Shown here: positions 1 to 9,026 of the stretch, piece by piece
How positions within the stretch are numbered: the stretch's first letter is position 1
Layout: each line of letters begins with the position of its first letter
Source of the DNA: Pseudomonadota bacterium
GTDB taxonomy: Bacteria; UBA10199; 2-02-FULL-44-16; JBDRGF01
Direction: 5' to 3'
Length of the DNA stretch: 19,692 bases
Assembly: GCA_043818055.1 (NCBI GenBank)
Contig: JBDRGF010000030.1
Location: 1-19,692, forward strand
Translations under genes and position numbers: made by a program
Notes under the pieces: model-generated
Seen by the model: only the letters and a program-made list of their open reading frames with translations
Database searches by the model: none
What the model was told of the DNA's origin: nothing

Positions 1-80
1 ATCGAGTAGGAGGAGGGTCTAGGTGATAGACCCTCCGACCTCTCACACCACCGTACATACGGTTCCGTATACGGCGGTTC
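1..80 (-). ncRNA. Group II intron catalytic domains V and VI
   Basis: Reverse complement reads GAACCGCCGTATACGGAACCGTATGTACGGTGGTGTGAGAGGTCGGAGGGTCTATCACCTAGACCCTCCTCCTACTCGAT. Confidence 0.93.
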
Positions 81-1482
81 ATGTAATCGTTCTAGAACAA
101 CAAACCTCTTTTAGCAGTGATACGAGTCCAAGTGAATCAAAGAATCGTTTTGGGTATGCCTCATTCATATGTGACGCACCCGAATTCCACCAAGCACCCC
201 GACCATTCCATGCGCTTCGTCTCGCCCGTTCAGGAGCCAGACCCGCAGCTATTAGCCGCTTATATCTCGTCCTTCCGCGCTTCCATTGCCGCCACAAAAT
301 GCATCGGAGTTTCCGCCGTAGCCAGCCATCCAGTTCTTCTAGTATGCCCTTCACTTCCGTCATTCGGAAGTATTGTGCCCATCCTCGAAGAACAGGACTT
401 AATTCCTCACGAATAAACCGCCCGAGATTTCTCCCGCGTCCGGCCCGAAACAGTTTCTTCACTTTATCCTTCATCCGTTTCACTGATTCCTTTGCCACCT
501 TAAGACGTGGTGTTCTATTCCTCGTCATCGTGTAGCCCAGAAACTTTCGATTCCATGGCCTATCCACTGCGCTTTTCTTCTCATTCACTTTCAGTCGCAG
601 CTTCTTTTCCAGAAATCGCGTGAGGCCATCTTTCACCCGTTCGCCTGCTGCCTTCGACCTAACGTATACATTACAGTCGTCCGCATACCGGCAAAACTTG
701 TGCCCACGGCGTTCTAGTTCTTTGTCCAGATCGTCCAGTAGAATATTCGAAAGCAACGGTGATATCGGTCCCCCTTGCGGAGTCCCTTCTCCTCTCGCTT
801 CCTCTATTCCATTTACCATCACTCCTGATGTCAAATATCGCCTGATTGTCCGAAGTATTGCTTTGTCTCCTATTCTTCTCGCTATCCGCGACATCAGTAC
901 ATCATGGTTCACCCGATCAAAGAACTTTTCCAGGTCCATATCTACTACCCATTGTCTCCCTTCGGCTACATATCCTCGCGCTGCGCGCACTGCTTCATGT
1001 GCACTACGCTTTGGCCGGAATCCATAGCTCGATTCTGAAAACGTTGACTCATAAATTGGACTCAATACCTGGTGGATTGCCTGCTGAATCAGTCTATCTA
1101 CCACTGTCGGAATGCCAAGCTTTCGCATTCCTCCCCCTGCCTTTGCTATCTCCACTCTAAGCACAGGTTGTGGTTTATAAATCCCCTTCAACAGTTCCTC
1201 TTTGATTCTCGGCCATTGCTCTCTCAAGTATGATCGTAACTCGCTCACTGCCATCCCATCTATTCCGGCAGATCCCTTGTTCCGCTCCACTCGCTGCAAC
1301 GCCTTGTTCATGTTCCCGCGTTCGACCACCGCTATCATCAGGTCTCTTGCCTTCGGAGGAAGGTTGTCTCTCCTCACCGTGGTGCTTGACGCGCTCGTAT
1401 CCGTCCAAAGTGGCTTCCGGCCACCGCATCCTGATACTCGCTCCGGCTTCTCTTCCCTCTTGTCTGCGTCTCTCTCACTCAT
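79..1482 (-). CDS. ltrA: Group II intron reverse transcriptase/maturase (no C-terminal endonuclease domain)
   Basis: RT motifs NKGSAGIDG, RKLGIPTVVDRLIQQA, SYGFRP, DLEKFFDRVNH, GTPQGGPISPLLSNI, RYADD, FLGY, then maturase X domain (LRGWAQYF..WLRRKLR). No HNH motif. Confidence 0.97.
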   Translation of the reverse strand: MSERDADKREEKPERVSGCGGRKPLWTDTSASSTTVRRDNLPPKARDLMIAVVERGNMNKALQRVERNKGSAGIDGMAVSELRSYLREQWPRIKEELLKGIYKPQPVLRVEIAKAGGGMRKLGIPTVVDRLIQQAIHQVLSPIYESTFSESSYGFRPKRSAHEAVRAARGYVAEGRQWVVDMDLEKFFDRVNHDVLMSRIARRIGDKAILRTIRRYLTSGVMVNGIEEARGEGTPQGGPISPLLSNILLDDLDKELERRGHKFCRYADDCNVYVRSKAAGERVKDGLTRFLEKKLRLKVNEKKSAVDRPWNRKFLGYTMTRNRTPRLKVAKESVKRMKDKVKKLFRAGRGRNLGRFIREELSPVLRGWAQYFRMTEVKGILEELDGWLRRKLRCILWRQWKRGRTRYKRLIAAGLAPERARRSAWNGRGAWWNSGASHMNEAYPKRFFDSLGLVSLLKEVCCSRTIT

Positions 1483-1892
1483 CGAGATTTGAGCCTTTCT
1501 CCTCGTTTACATGTTCAGGCCTTCGGTCGGGTCGATCAACCTACTATGCCCTCTGCTGACTTCTGCCGCTCCATCCCGATACCTCACGACATCGGTTGCC
1601 TCTCATAGGCAGAACGACAGATCTCCCCGGGTAATGCGCTCCCGCCTTCACGCTTATGCCTGTTGCATATACGACTGAACGTTCCGTACAGGTACTGGAC
1701 TTTAACGATATTTGCCGTCTCATCCCGTTCAGTCGCCTCTATGCAATTCCTGTTCGTCAGGCCAGCGCTTTGCCTGCGGCTTCCTTCAGATTCCGCCTCA
1801 CGACGGACACCCTTGCCGTCCGGCTACCGCTTCCCCCTGTCGGGTGCGGAGAGTACTTTCAACTCCAAGCGGGTGCGCCCTGCCGGGCGCAC

Positions 1893-1935
1893 AAAAGAAA
1901 GGGTACATGCGTCATTAAAAATGGCCCACGTACCC
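1893..1935 (-). terminator. Rho-independent terminator of the 1956-2705 gene; also the intron target site
   Basis: Minus strand GGGTACGTG-ggccatttttaatgacg-CATGTACCC (9-bp stem with one G-U pair) followed by TTTCTTTT, 20 nt after the stop codon. The intron starts directly after the T-tract. Confidence 0.85.
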
Positions 1936-1955
1936 CAAATCTGATATCCGTTCAA

Positions 1956-2705
1956 TTAAACAATATCTTTGCCCACAGCGGCTTGCTGCACAGTGTGGAT
2001 TTGCTTATTCAGATCCGTTATCTCTTTTCCACCGTCGGCCAGGCGATAGGTCTCTTGAAAAACATCCGGCTGAATACCGCGAGCCTCTTGTCCCGGCTGC
2101 AATAGGACTACGCCGCCATTTTCAAAAAGTTGAGCTGTAACGGTTACAGTTTCAAGTTGAAAAGGCTCCTGAATGTACACAGCCGATGAGACATCCCTAG
2201 CATCCCTCTTCATATGACCAAAGACCTCACTATAAGCCTGAACTAAGCATGCGTTCCGATCGACTGGGGTCATATACCTGGCGATGAAACCACGATCTGA
2301 GTTATACATATCCCCAATACCAACCTCTGTCTCCGCTATCTTAAGAAAAGTTTTCAATGAGGTTAAAGATAGCTCCTCCGGATTTCCTAAACCAACATAT
2401 GCTGCATACAACTGAAGTGCTTGATCCACAGTCACCTGATTCATAATGATAACTGCATTTCCGTCACCAGCAGCTGCTTGCCATGCACTATCCTTGGCGT
2501 TCCAGAAAACTATACCCTTCTTTCCCTGCCAATCTACTATCAATTGTCCCGCCTTATCACTCCCCGCCGGATAGACAAGCGCCTCGCCAGCGGCGCCTAA
2601 TGCCGGCACCGGAATAACAAATTTCTGCGCCGCGCTGATCACCTGTGTTCCACGGCTAAAATCAATCTTTGCTGCATTCACTACTGGTAAACTTCCGATT
2701 GCCAT
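1956..2705 (-). CDS. Hypothetical protein, 249 aa; C-terminal PGDYG-like motif (RGIQPDVFQETY)
   Basis: Long ORF with a strong RBS (GAGGAGG upstream of ATG) and a downstream terminator. No recognised catalytic motif. Confidence 0.8.
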   Translation of the reverse strand: MAIGSLPVVNAAKIDFSRGTQVISAAQKFVIPVPALGAAGEALVYPAGSDKAGQLIVDWQGKKGIVFWNAKDSAWQAAAGDGNAVIIMNQVTVDQALQLYAAYVGLGNPEELSLTSLKTFLKIAETEVGIGDMYNSDRGFIARYMTPVDRNACLVQAYSEVFGHMKRDARDVSSAVYIQEPFQLETVTVTAQLFENGGVVLLQPGQEARGIQPDVFQETYRLADGGKEITDLNKQIHTVQQAAVGKDIV

Positions 2706-2814
2706 CTTACCCTCCTCGTTTTTTGAAACAAAAATTCCTTTTCTCTATATTCGCCAAACCATTTGGCAATCCCGCTTATTGCTTATATTTGAGCTAATTT
2801 CAAGTCTTCATTTA

Positions 2815-5800
2815 TCAATACAAATGAGGCTTAATCCCCTCGGCGATCTCCTCCCCAGTATAATGTCTCGCCATCTCCGGATGATTTTTAAGAAATTTAT
2901 CTGTGCCCATTCCCGACCCTGCCAGGGGAAATGTTGGAATCCCCGCCTTATGCGCCATAAGCAGTTCCTGTTCGATGACACCGCCCCCAGACACAGTGAT
3001 AAAGAGATCTATTGCATTAAGAAATGGGACCGATTTTCCAAACCAATCGTTTCCGGCACAAGTAACAGCTGGAGTGCCGAGATCATCACCCTTTCCTTCA
3101 TTTGTGATAAAACCGATCAGTTTGAATTCAGGAAATTTCTCTCTGATCAATCTGTGAAGGATTTGTTCCACACCATAATCTGTTCCACCAGTTGCAAACA
3201 TCACCTTCCTGGGATCCGATCGTTTGAGTAGATCCCGAAATACATTTTCAGTCAATTCGGGATTAAATTGCGAAATTTTAGATGAACCGCTCACACCGAT
3301 AATCATCCGTCCTTCTGCGTAGGCCCTCACTTCAGAGAGCTTTACCAGCTTAATATCCTGCCTGACACGAGTGACCCATTTCTCCAATCGATTTAACTTC
3401 AATGATTTGTTTAATTTTTCAATCAGTGTGTCGTTGTCAAAAGTTTCAAACTCATCAACTCCGTCAAACACGGGAGAATTGTTCAATTCACTGTAAACAT
3501 AAATCGGGCGATTTTGATTTTCCATCTTGGATAATAGACTTCCGTTAGCTGATGGATCACCGAAAACGACAATAGCGTGTGAATTTGTTGCAGCCACAGT
3601 GTTATAGGTACCCCATCCACTTCCCCTTGAGACGATATAGTCGACCGCAGGAAGATCTGCATTATCAGGTTCTACAATGATGATGGTCTCATAGCCATAT
3701 TTCCTCATCATTTCGATCATCGTCTGGGGTGTGTTCGACGGTATTGTCAAAAAGAGCTTCTCTGGATCCGATTTCTTGAGAAATTCCTTGAATGATTCCA
3801 TTGCAGATTCAGAATCCTTTGATGGAGGAACAACGTAGAGAATATGTTTATGTCCCATCATCGATTGGAAATCATTATAATCAACCCGCTTTCTCTGTTG
3901 CGAAACAACTTTAAAATCATCAGTACTCATTCTTAAACCCATAATTTCCCTTCGTGTCGTATCGGAAACCGACTGAGCATTTCTGATTAGTACTGAATTT
4001 CTGACGGGATGGGTAACATCAAAACGATGAAGTTTTCCTGATACATCATATACACCAGAGATTCCAAGCTGTAAAAACCAGCTATTTAACAGCGATTTTA
4101 AATGTGAATAGGCATTCTCTCCGCTGATCTTCTCCACCAGCGATTCTTCACCACCAACTACATCGGATACGAAAAGCCCGGGCGTAACAGATATATCTGG
4201 ATTGTCACGGACGGCTTCGACTATCGCCTGAAAAATGTGTGCCGATTCAACATCCACTACGGAATTTCCTACATCACAGCTTTTTCCAAACCATCTACGG
4301 GACTCCTCTAGCGGTGAATCGACAGTGACATTATCCCCGATTTCAAAAAGTGGGAAGTCCGAACCCAGCATTGGAACAAAGACTGCGGATTCCGGCAATG
4401 CATGCTGTTTGCCATCATAGCTTGATTTCCTGAAAATCTGATATGATCCCACAGGAGACTCGGAGCTCAAGGATCCACCCGCCCCAGCAAGCAAGAGATG
4501 CGTAGCACCATTATCCAAGAGGGCTCGCACTGCCTCTCCGGCCAATGATCCATTCGGCATTCTCAAAGCGATGACACCTACACTTGAGCGACCGGCATTT
4601 GCACCGGTCACCTCTGCAATGAGATAGTCAAAGGTAAAGGGGCCTATTTGATATTGTGTTGGCTTCAATGTTTCGTAGGCTATTCCCTCATCACCCTCAA
4701 TTCCTGCAAGTTTACCCAAGATTTCCATCGGCCACCAGCGTTGTCCTACAATGACGATGCGAGGTTTCACCGGAAGTTTTGCAAGTTCCCGGTGGAGCGT
4801 TTCAATTTGAGGCTTTAATGCCTGTTCAAAAGTTCCCCGCGTCCTGATACAACGAACGTCGATTCCTGCATATTTGAGCTGCCAAAGCTGGTGACGAAAA
4901 CGGCTTGGATTATTGATCCCGGAGATCACAACCGTCGAGCTGGCAGTGCCGTTTTTAAAAAGATAAAATTCAGTTGAGGTTGGACTATCGACCTCCCCTT
5001 TTAAAGTTAAAGATGGCTCCTTGCTTCGATAATAGGCAAGCATGTCCTCCTTAGGACCGATGAAAATCTCTATATCGCAATCAGGATGTTGAAGGAGACC
5101 TATGATCGTACTTCCAAGTCGATTGTTCAGATAACCATTGATATCATGCATCGTATGATCAGATGGTCTTAATGGTGTATCTATGATGGTCATTGGAAGA
5201 GCTTCTCCTTCATCATAGTGTTTCAATATTTCGGGATGATCTATTTCAGCAAAATGGAAACGACTCGAGACAAACAAAACCTGATTGATCTTATTCTCAA
5301 ATCCACGATAACAGTCACCCAAAACCTCTTTGACTATTTTTTGTGCTCTATCACGCCATATTTGTGGTGAAAGATTTTGTAAATACAACTCATCAAAAAA
5401 ACGTTTTTCAATTTCATCAACGATTTTTTTATCTATGCTCTGAAGCTTTTCTCGTATTTTTTCGACAGCGACCTGAATACGTTCGAGATCGCTGCGTTGT
5501 TTCACCATGGTATCCATCGCAATAATCTGACCATCCGGCAAGGCGTGGGCATTTGGAATATCCGCAATAGCAACTGGAGAAGCGGCAGTGGCTGAATTAA
5601 AAATGCGACTTCCTATAAAGGCAAGTGCACTGGGGCCAAGTTCTCCGATACAATTTTCAATTTCTGCAATAGCGCTAATCTGTGGCGTTCCTTCTGACCC
5701 TCGTTCAGTTAATAATGGGGTCATCACATTCTCAGCCCATCTCGATATTTGATTGTAAAAATCGGAATCTCGCTGCTTAATTTGTAAAAGCTGATCTGCA

Positions 5801-6045
5801 GCATTCTTCATGCCTTCAACAATCGACGATTGATCAATCCGAGGAAAGGCACACAATTGCATGATACCAGAAAGTCGACCTTCAAGCGCACGGTCGTCTT
5901 GGCCGTTCTTTTTTAAACCATACTGTATGAGACAGAGCGCTGTTGTCCCAAGCGCCAGATCATTCAGTGAGTGTGTGGGAAAAGCGAGCTGGGTTCTGAA
6001 ACCAACCGGTCCCTTATTGAAAAGTGTTTTTGCTAATATTGACAT
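2815..6045 (-). CDS. 1076-aa multidomain protein: unknown N-terminus, PNP/UDP-type nucleoside phosphorylase/nucleosidase domain, one degenerate and one intact SLOG (LOG/DprA-like) domain
   Basis: PNP_UDP-like motifs GATHLLLAGAGGSL, NVTVDSP, VVDVESAHI, GLFVSDVV. C-terminal SLOG pattern IIGVSGSS..FATGGTDYGVE..LIGF..DWFGKSVPFLNAIDLFITVSGGGVIEQELLMAHKAGIPTFPLAGSG. A similar but degenerate block lies upstream (SGWGTYNTVAATNSHAIVVFG..NRPIYVY). Confidence 0.75.
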   Translation of the reverse strand: MSILAKTLFNKGPVGFRTQLAFPTHSLNDLALGTTALCLIQYGLKKNGQDDRALEGRLSGIMQLCAFPRIDQSSIVEGMKNAADQLLQIKQRDSDFYNQISRWAENVMTPLLTERGSEGTPQISAIAEIENCIGELGPSALAFIGSRIFNSATAASPVAIADIPNAHALPDGQIIAMDTMVKQRSDLERIQVAVEKIREKLQSIDKKIVDEIEKRFFDELYLQNLSPQIWRDRAQKIVKEVLGDCYRGFENKINQVLFVSSRFHFAEIDHPEILKHYDEGEALPMTIIDTPLRPSDHTMHDINGYLNNRLGSTIIGLLQHPDCDIEIFIGPKEDMLAYYRSKEPSLTLKGEVDSPTSTEFYLFKNGTASSTVVISGINNPSRFRHQLWQLKYAGIDVRCIRTRGTFEQALKPQIETLHRELAKLPVKPRIVIVGQRWWPMEILGKLAGIEGDEGIAYETLKPTQYQIGPFTFDYLIAEVTGANAGRSSVGVIALRMPNGSLAGEAVRALLDNGATHLLLAGAGGSLSSESPVGSYQIFRKSSYDGKQHALPESAVFVPMLGSDFPLFEIGDNVTVDSPLEESRRWFGKSCDVGNSVVDVESAHIFQAIVEAVRDNPDISVTPGLFVSDVVGGEESLVEKISGENAYSHLKSLLNSWFLQLGISGVYDVSGKLHRFDVTHPVRNSVLIRNAQSVSDTTRREIMGLRMSTDDFKVVSQQRKRVDYNDFQSMMGHKHILYVVPPSKDSESAMESFKEFLKKSDPEKLFLTIPSNTPQTMIEMMRKYGYETIIIVEPDNADLPAVDYIVSRGSGWGTYNTVAATNSHAIVVFGDPSANGSLLSKMENQNRPIYVYSELNNSPVFDGVDEFETFDNDTLIEKLNKSLKLNRLEKWVTRVRQDIKLVKLSEVRAYAEGRMIIGVSGSSKISQFNPELTENVFRDLLKRSDPRKVMFATGGTDYGVEQILHRLIREKFPEFKLIGFITNEGKGDDLGTPAVTCAGNDWFGKSVPFLNAIDLFITVSGGGVIEQELLMAHKAGIPTFPLAGSGMGTDKFLKNHPEMARHYTGEEIAEGIKPHLY

Positions 6046-6070
6046 ATTTTACCATGCATTTATCATATTC

Positions 6071-6099
6071 ATTATCGGATGTTTCCTGAAATTTGTTGC
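6071..6099 (-). promoter_or_regulatory. Putative alternative-sigma promoter GCAAC-N15-TCCGATAAT
   Basis: Minus strand GCAAC aaatttcaggaaaca TCCGATAAT, 25 nt upstream of the ATG at 6045. The -10 box resembles the sigma28/FliA consensus GCCGATAA. One of three copies. Confidence 0.7.
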
Positions 6100-6190
6100 T
6101 TAAAAAACAACATTTTTTACAACCTTTAACCTGTTGTATATATTAGGTTTTTGTAAAAAACGTCCTTGATATTTTTTTCAAATATCATCT

Positions 6191-9007
6191 TTAATACACA
6201 ATATCAGGATTATTGAATTTGAGTGGTGCGCTTGGGTCGATGATAATCCTCGCACTCGTTCTATTATCGAGAACTTTTCTCATTCGAATCTCCTCACAAA
6301 GGGCATCGCGGACAGTGAAATCTAATGTAACGCCTCTATTTCTTCTCGATATTTCATGAAGGGGAAATTTTTTTCCCAATCCTGTTTCCATAAAGTCGGG
6401 ATAGGACATTGTATATGATCCTTTGGAATCCAGGTGTTCATATCCATTGCCACGATCAATCAACACCTCTGAGAGACTTCCCTTTGCATCAACTTTATAG
6501 TTTAATCCTGAGAAATGAAGTAGCAGTGAACGTTTCCCCGAACCATTTTTTGAAACATCGAGGGAGTACTCGATCATTTCACACAGCGCAGCGCCTGAAA
6601 TCTCACAGCATCGCACCTTATTTGGAAAGGGCAAAACAGCTCGAAGATCAGCTTCAGTAATATAACCCTCATATAATCCATCTCTGATGTTGCCCGCAAA
6701 ATCGACACTCACATCCGTCCCACTCATTCTCCTCACGGCATCCGTCACGATATTCATGAGGGCGGTAGAGCGTGTCGACTTTCCCTCGATCCCGATCTTT
6801 TCAGCACAACTACCTATCACTTCAGAATTCAAAGATCTTAAATCAGATGATTCAGCGATTTCCTGATATTTTTCATTTAGCTTAATCCTACTTCGCTCAA
6901 TGTCGACTAGTGTATGAGAAATGTTTTGTATATTTCCTTTATCACCAATTCTAAAATCGACGATTCCCAACATTAAACAGTAAAGACCAGCATGGACAAT
7001 ATGTGTCTTTCGAGAACCATGATCGACAATTTTATATACCTGATTGTGCGTGTGCGCCCCCAATATCAGATCGATATCAGGAGAGGCCAATTTCTGATCA
7101 AGAGGAAGGCCACAGTGTGACAAGAGCACGGTCGTCACCGACCTTCCCTTGTACAAATCCTTGATCACGCTAATTTTGTGATGAAGACGTTTTTTTAGGT
7201 TTCCCTCCACAACAGAAGCAGAATGATTAAACCCTTTTTGCTCGTGGTAGCTGAACTCATGAATCAAATCTGGCGAAGTCAATCCGATATATAGGACGAG
7301 GTGACCATTGATCTCAGTAACAGCACCTGGAATTATGGATTTTGAATCATACAGTTGTTGAAGTGCTGAACCATTTTCAAAAGTGAGATTGGAAACCATG
7401 AAGGGAAACTTCGCACGAGATATCGCCTCAGCTAAAATCGATTCATCACCGACAAGGGCTTGTTTTTGCATCTCGTACGCTTCTATAAGTTTTTTATATT
7501 CCTTCGCTGACAGATCACCCGACATATATCGTTCATGAAGGATAGCTATGCGTTCTTTCAGGTCTTTTAATCCCGCATTCACATAATCAAGATCATGATA
7601 GTCAAAATCGTGATTTCCAACAGCAGAAGCGGTAAACATCATTTGATTCATCATGTTAATTATTTCAAACAACGTGCCCACAGACTCTCCTCCCTCGACA
7701 TTGTCGCCAAGGGAAAAGAGCGCATCGAGTCCTCCATTGTCACGTAAACTGCCAACTAGAGTGCCGATTTTAGACAGACGTTGAATCCGGCCATGAATAT
7801 CACCAATATAGGCGAAGCGAATCTGACCGTCAGGACGTTTGAGTGACCTGAGATCTCCCGACACATAATCAACGCATACTGATGTCGTCTCTCCACGAGT
7901 GATCATGGGAGCATTTGTGTCCACAGAATCGCTAGTCAATACTGAGTAGTTCTTATAGAGAAGGGGATGGGGATGTAATTCAAAGAGACCATCAGCCCTG
8001 TTACTTTGTATTTGAATCTCATGATTAAGAAGCTCAAGAGCTTGTGATCGAAATGTGACAACCCCCTTTGCACCAGCTTCCGAGGACTCCGTAGCCCAAT
8101 TTACCGCCCGCATGAGAAAATGCATCCGTTTGCGATTATAAAGCTGAGCTATCCTCCACGGACATTTTTCATCGAGCCAATATGAAAGACGTTCCTTTCT
8201 CAACTGGATTGCCTTTGCAAGATCTCTCCGTCCCAAATTGTCGAATGTTTTAATTAAGGCATCACAATATTTATCATGTTCTCGCTGCAACGTATCACAA
8301 AATAGTGAAATTGCTCCTGCGCGATCAGCATATTTCAGTTCATGATGGAACAGACACATCTCCATCAAAAAACCCTCTTTGAAATTGTCGATATTGAGAA
8401 GTTCCTGCAGAAGAGTGGAGTTATCCCTTTCAAACCCATAAGCCAATTGTTCCAGAGAAATGTTCCCTTGATCCCAATGCATCAGTCGGGATTTGTCAAA
8501 ATCGAGTATAAAAGGTTCGCCCGTATTCGTATCAAATTCGATTCCCCATTCATTGAGATCTCTATGAAGCACTCCTTTTATATCCATAAAAAGAATCGTG
8601 GAGATGAGCTGGGTCATGACAGCATTATTTGTTAAGAGATGAAGGCCGCTTTCATGGGAAGCGATTGTGGTGAGATTAGGCTGAAACTGCGAGATAATAA
8701 GCGCGACATCTTCATCAACATGGGCATACTTCACCTGTTCAATGTTTGGATGAAAACGAAGAAGCATCATGGCATCCGCTACATCAATAGCCGTCGCCTG
8801 AACAGGGTCAAGCCTTCGTACATCGCGAAATAATTTCACAGCAAAACTGTCAACACGGAAGACATCGCTTGCCATGCCGTGGCTTAATACTGCGTGATAC
8901 AGTGATGGATTTTGTCCTAAAGACTTGAGCTGTGAGATAGACAAACCGGTTGGATTTGCTCCAACAAAATTTGGTAAAACAGATGGTGTCAAATTGACTG
9001 GCTTCAT
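6191..9007 (-). CDS. 938-aa fusion: N-terminal protein-kinase-like domain plus C-terminal UshA/CpdB-like 5'-nucleotidase (metallophosphoesterase and 5'-NT C domain)
   Basis: Kinase-like motifs GMASDVF, AVKLF, HPNI, HRDLN, ILDFD. Metallophosphoesterase motifs GDIHG, LGDNVEG, GNHDFDY, LLSHCG, ILGAHTH. C-domain AGNIRDGL..GYITEADLRAVLPFPNKV..ISGAAL..LHFSGL. No Sec signal peptide. Confidence 0.85.
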   Translation of the reverse strand: MKPVNLTPSVLPNFVGANPTGLSISQLKSLGQNPSLYHAVLSHGMASDVFRVDSFAVKLFRDVRRLDPVQATAIDVADAMMLLRFHPNIEQVKYAHVDEDVALIISQFQPNLTTIASHESGLHLLTNNAVMTQLISTILFMDIKGVLHRDLNEWGIEFDTNTGEPFILDFDKSRLMHWDQGNISLEQLAYGFERDNSTLLQELLNIDNFKEGFLMEMCLFHHELKYADRAGAISLFCDTLQREHDKYCDALIKTFDNLGRRDLAKAIQLRKERLSYWLDEKCPWRIAQLYNRKRMHFLMRAVNWATESSEAGAKGVVTFRSQALELLNHEIQIQSNRADGLFELHPHPLLYKNYSVLTSDSVDTNAPMITRGETTSVCVDYVSGDLRSLKRPDGQIRFAYIGDIHGRIQRLSKIGTLVGSLRDNGGLDALFSLGDNVEGGESVGTLFEIINMMNQMMFTASAVGNHDFDYHDLDYVNAGLKDLKERIAILHERYMSGDLSAKEYKKLIEAYEMQKQALVGDESILAEAISRAKFPFMVSNLTFENGSALQQLYDSKSIIPGAVTEINGHLVLYIGLTSPDLIHEFSYHEQKGFNHSASVVEGNLKKRLHHKISVIKDLYKGRSVTTVLLSHCGLPLDQKLASPDIDLILGAHTHNQVYKIVDHGSRKTHIVHAGLYCLMLGIVDFRIGDKGNIQNISHTLVDIERSRIKLNEKYQEIAESSDLRSLNSEVIGSCAEKIGIEGKSTRSTALMNIVTDAVRRMSGTDVSVDFAGNIRDGLYEGYITEADLRAVLPFPNKVRCCEISGAALCEMIEYSLDVSKNGSGKRSLLLHFSGLNYKVDAKGSLSEVLIDRGNGYEHLDSKGSYTMSYPDFMETGLGKKFPLHEISRRNRGVTLDFTVRDALCEEIRMRKVLDNRTSARIIIDPSAPLKFNNPDIVY

Positions 9008-9026
9008 AATAATCTCTTTACATCAC

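Larger units (their letters stand above)
1..1892 (-). mobile_element. Group II intron, bacterial class C (IIC), complete
   Basis: The minus strand begins GTGCGCCCGGCA at 1892 (GUGYG 5' consensus). It ends with domain V GAACCGCCGTATACGGAACCGTATGTACGGTGGTGT (short IIC-type DV), a domain VI hairpin (GGAGGGTCTA..TAGACCCTCC) and ...CTACTCGAT at position 1. It encodes an RT with no endonuclease domain and is inserted just after a terminator hairpin. Confidence 0.95.

Noticed and set aside
79..1482. RT as part of a retron, DGR or CRISPR-associated system
   Set aside because: It has a maturase domain and lies within complete intron RNA boundaries. No TR/VR pair, msr-msd or cas genes were seen.
1893..1960. 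Intron target hairpin as an integron attC site
   Set aside because: No RYYYAAC/GTTRRRY core sites bound the stem, and the hairpin plus T-tract fits a terminator.
23..2105. Plus-strand ORFs over the intron (23-535, 620-1027, 1656-2105 and others)
   Set aside because: Antisense shadows of the RT gene and the structured intron RNA; no protein motifs.
2753..2767. Small palindrome GCCAAA-CCA-TTTGGC upstream of the 249-aa gene; possible fourth promoter copy
   Set aside because: Only a 6-bp stem, and no CCGATAAT box at the right spacing from the nearby GCAAT.
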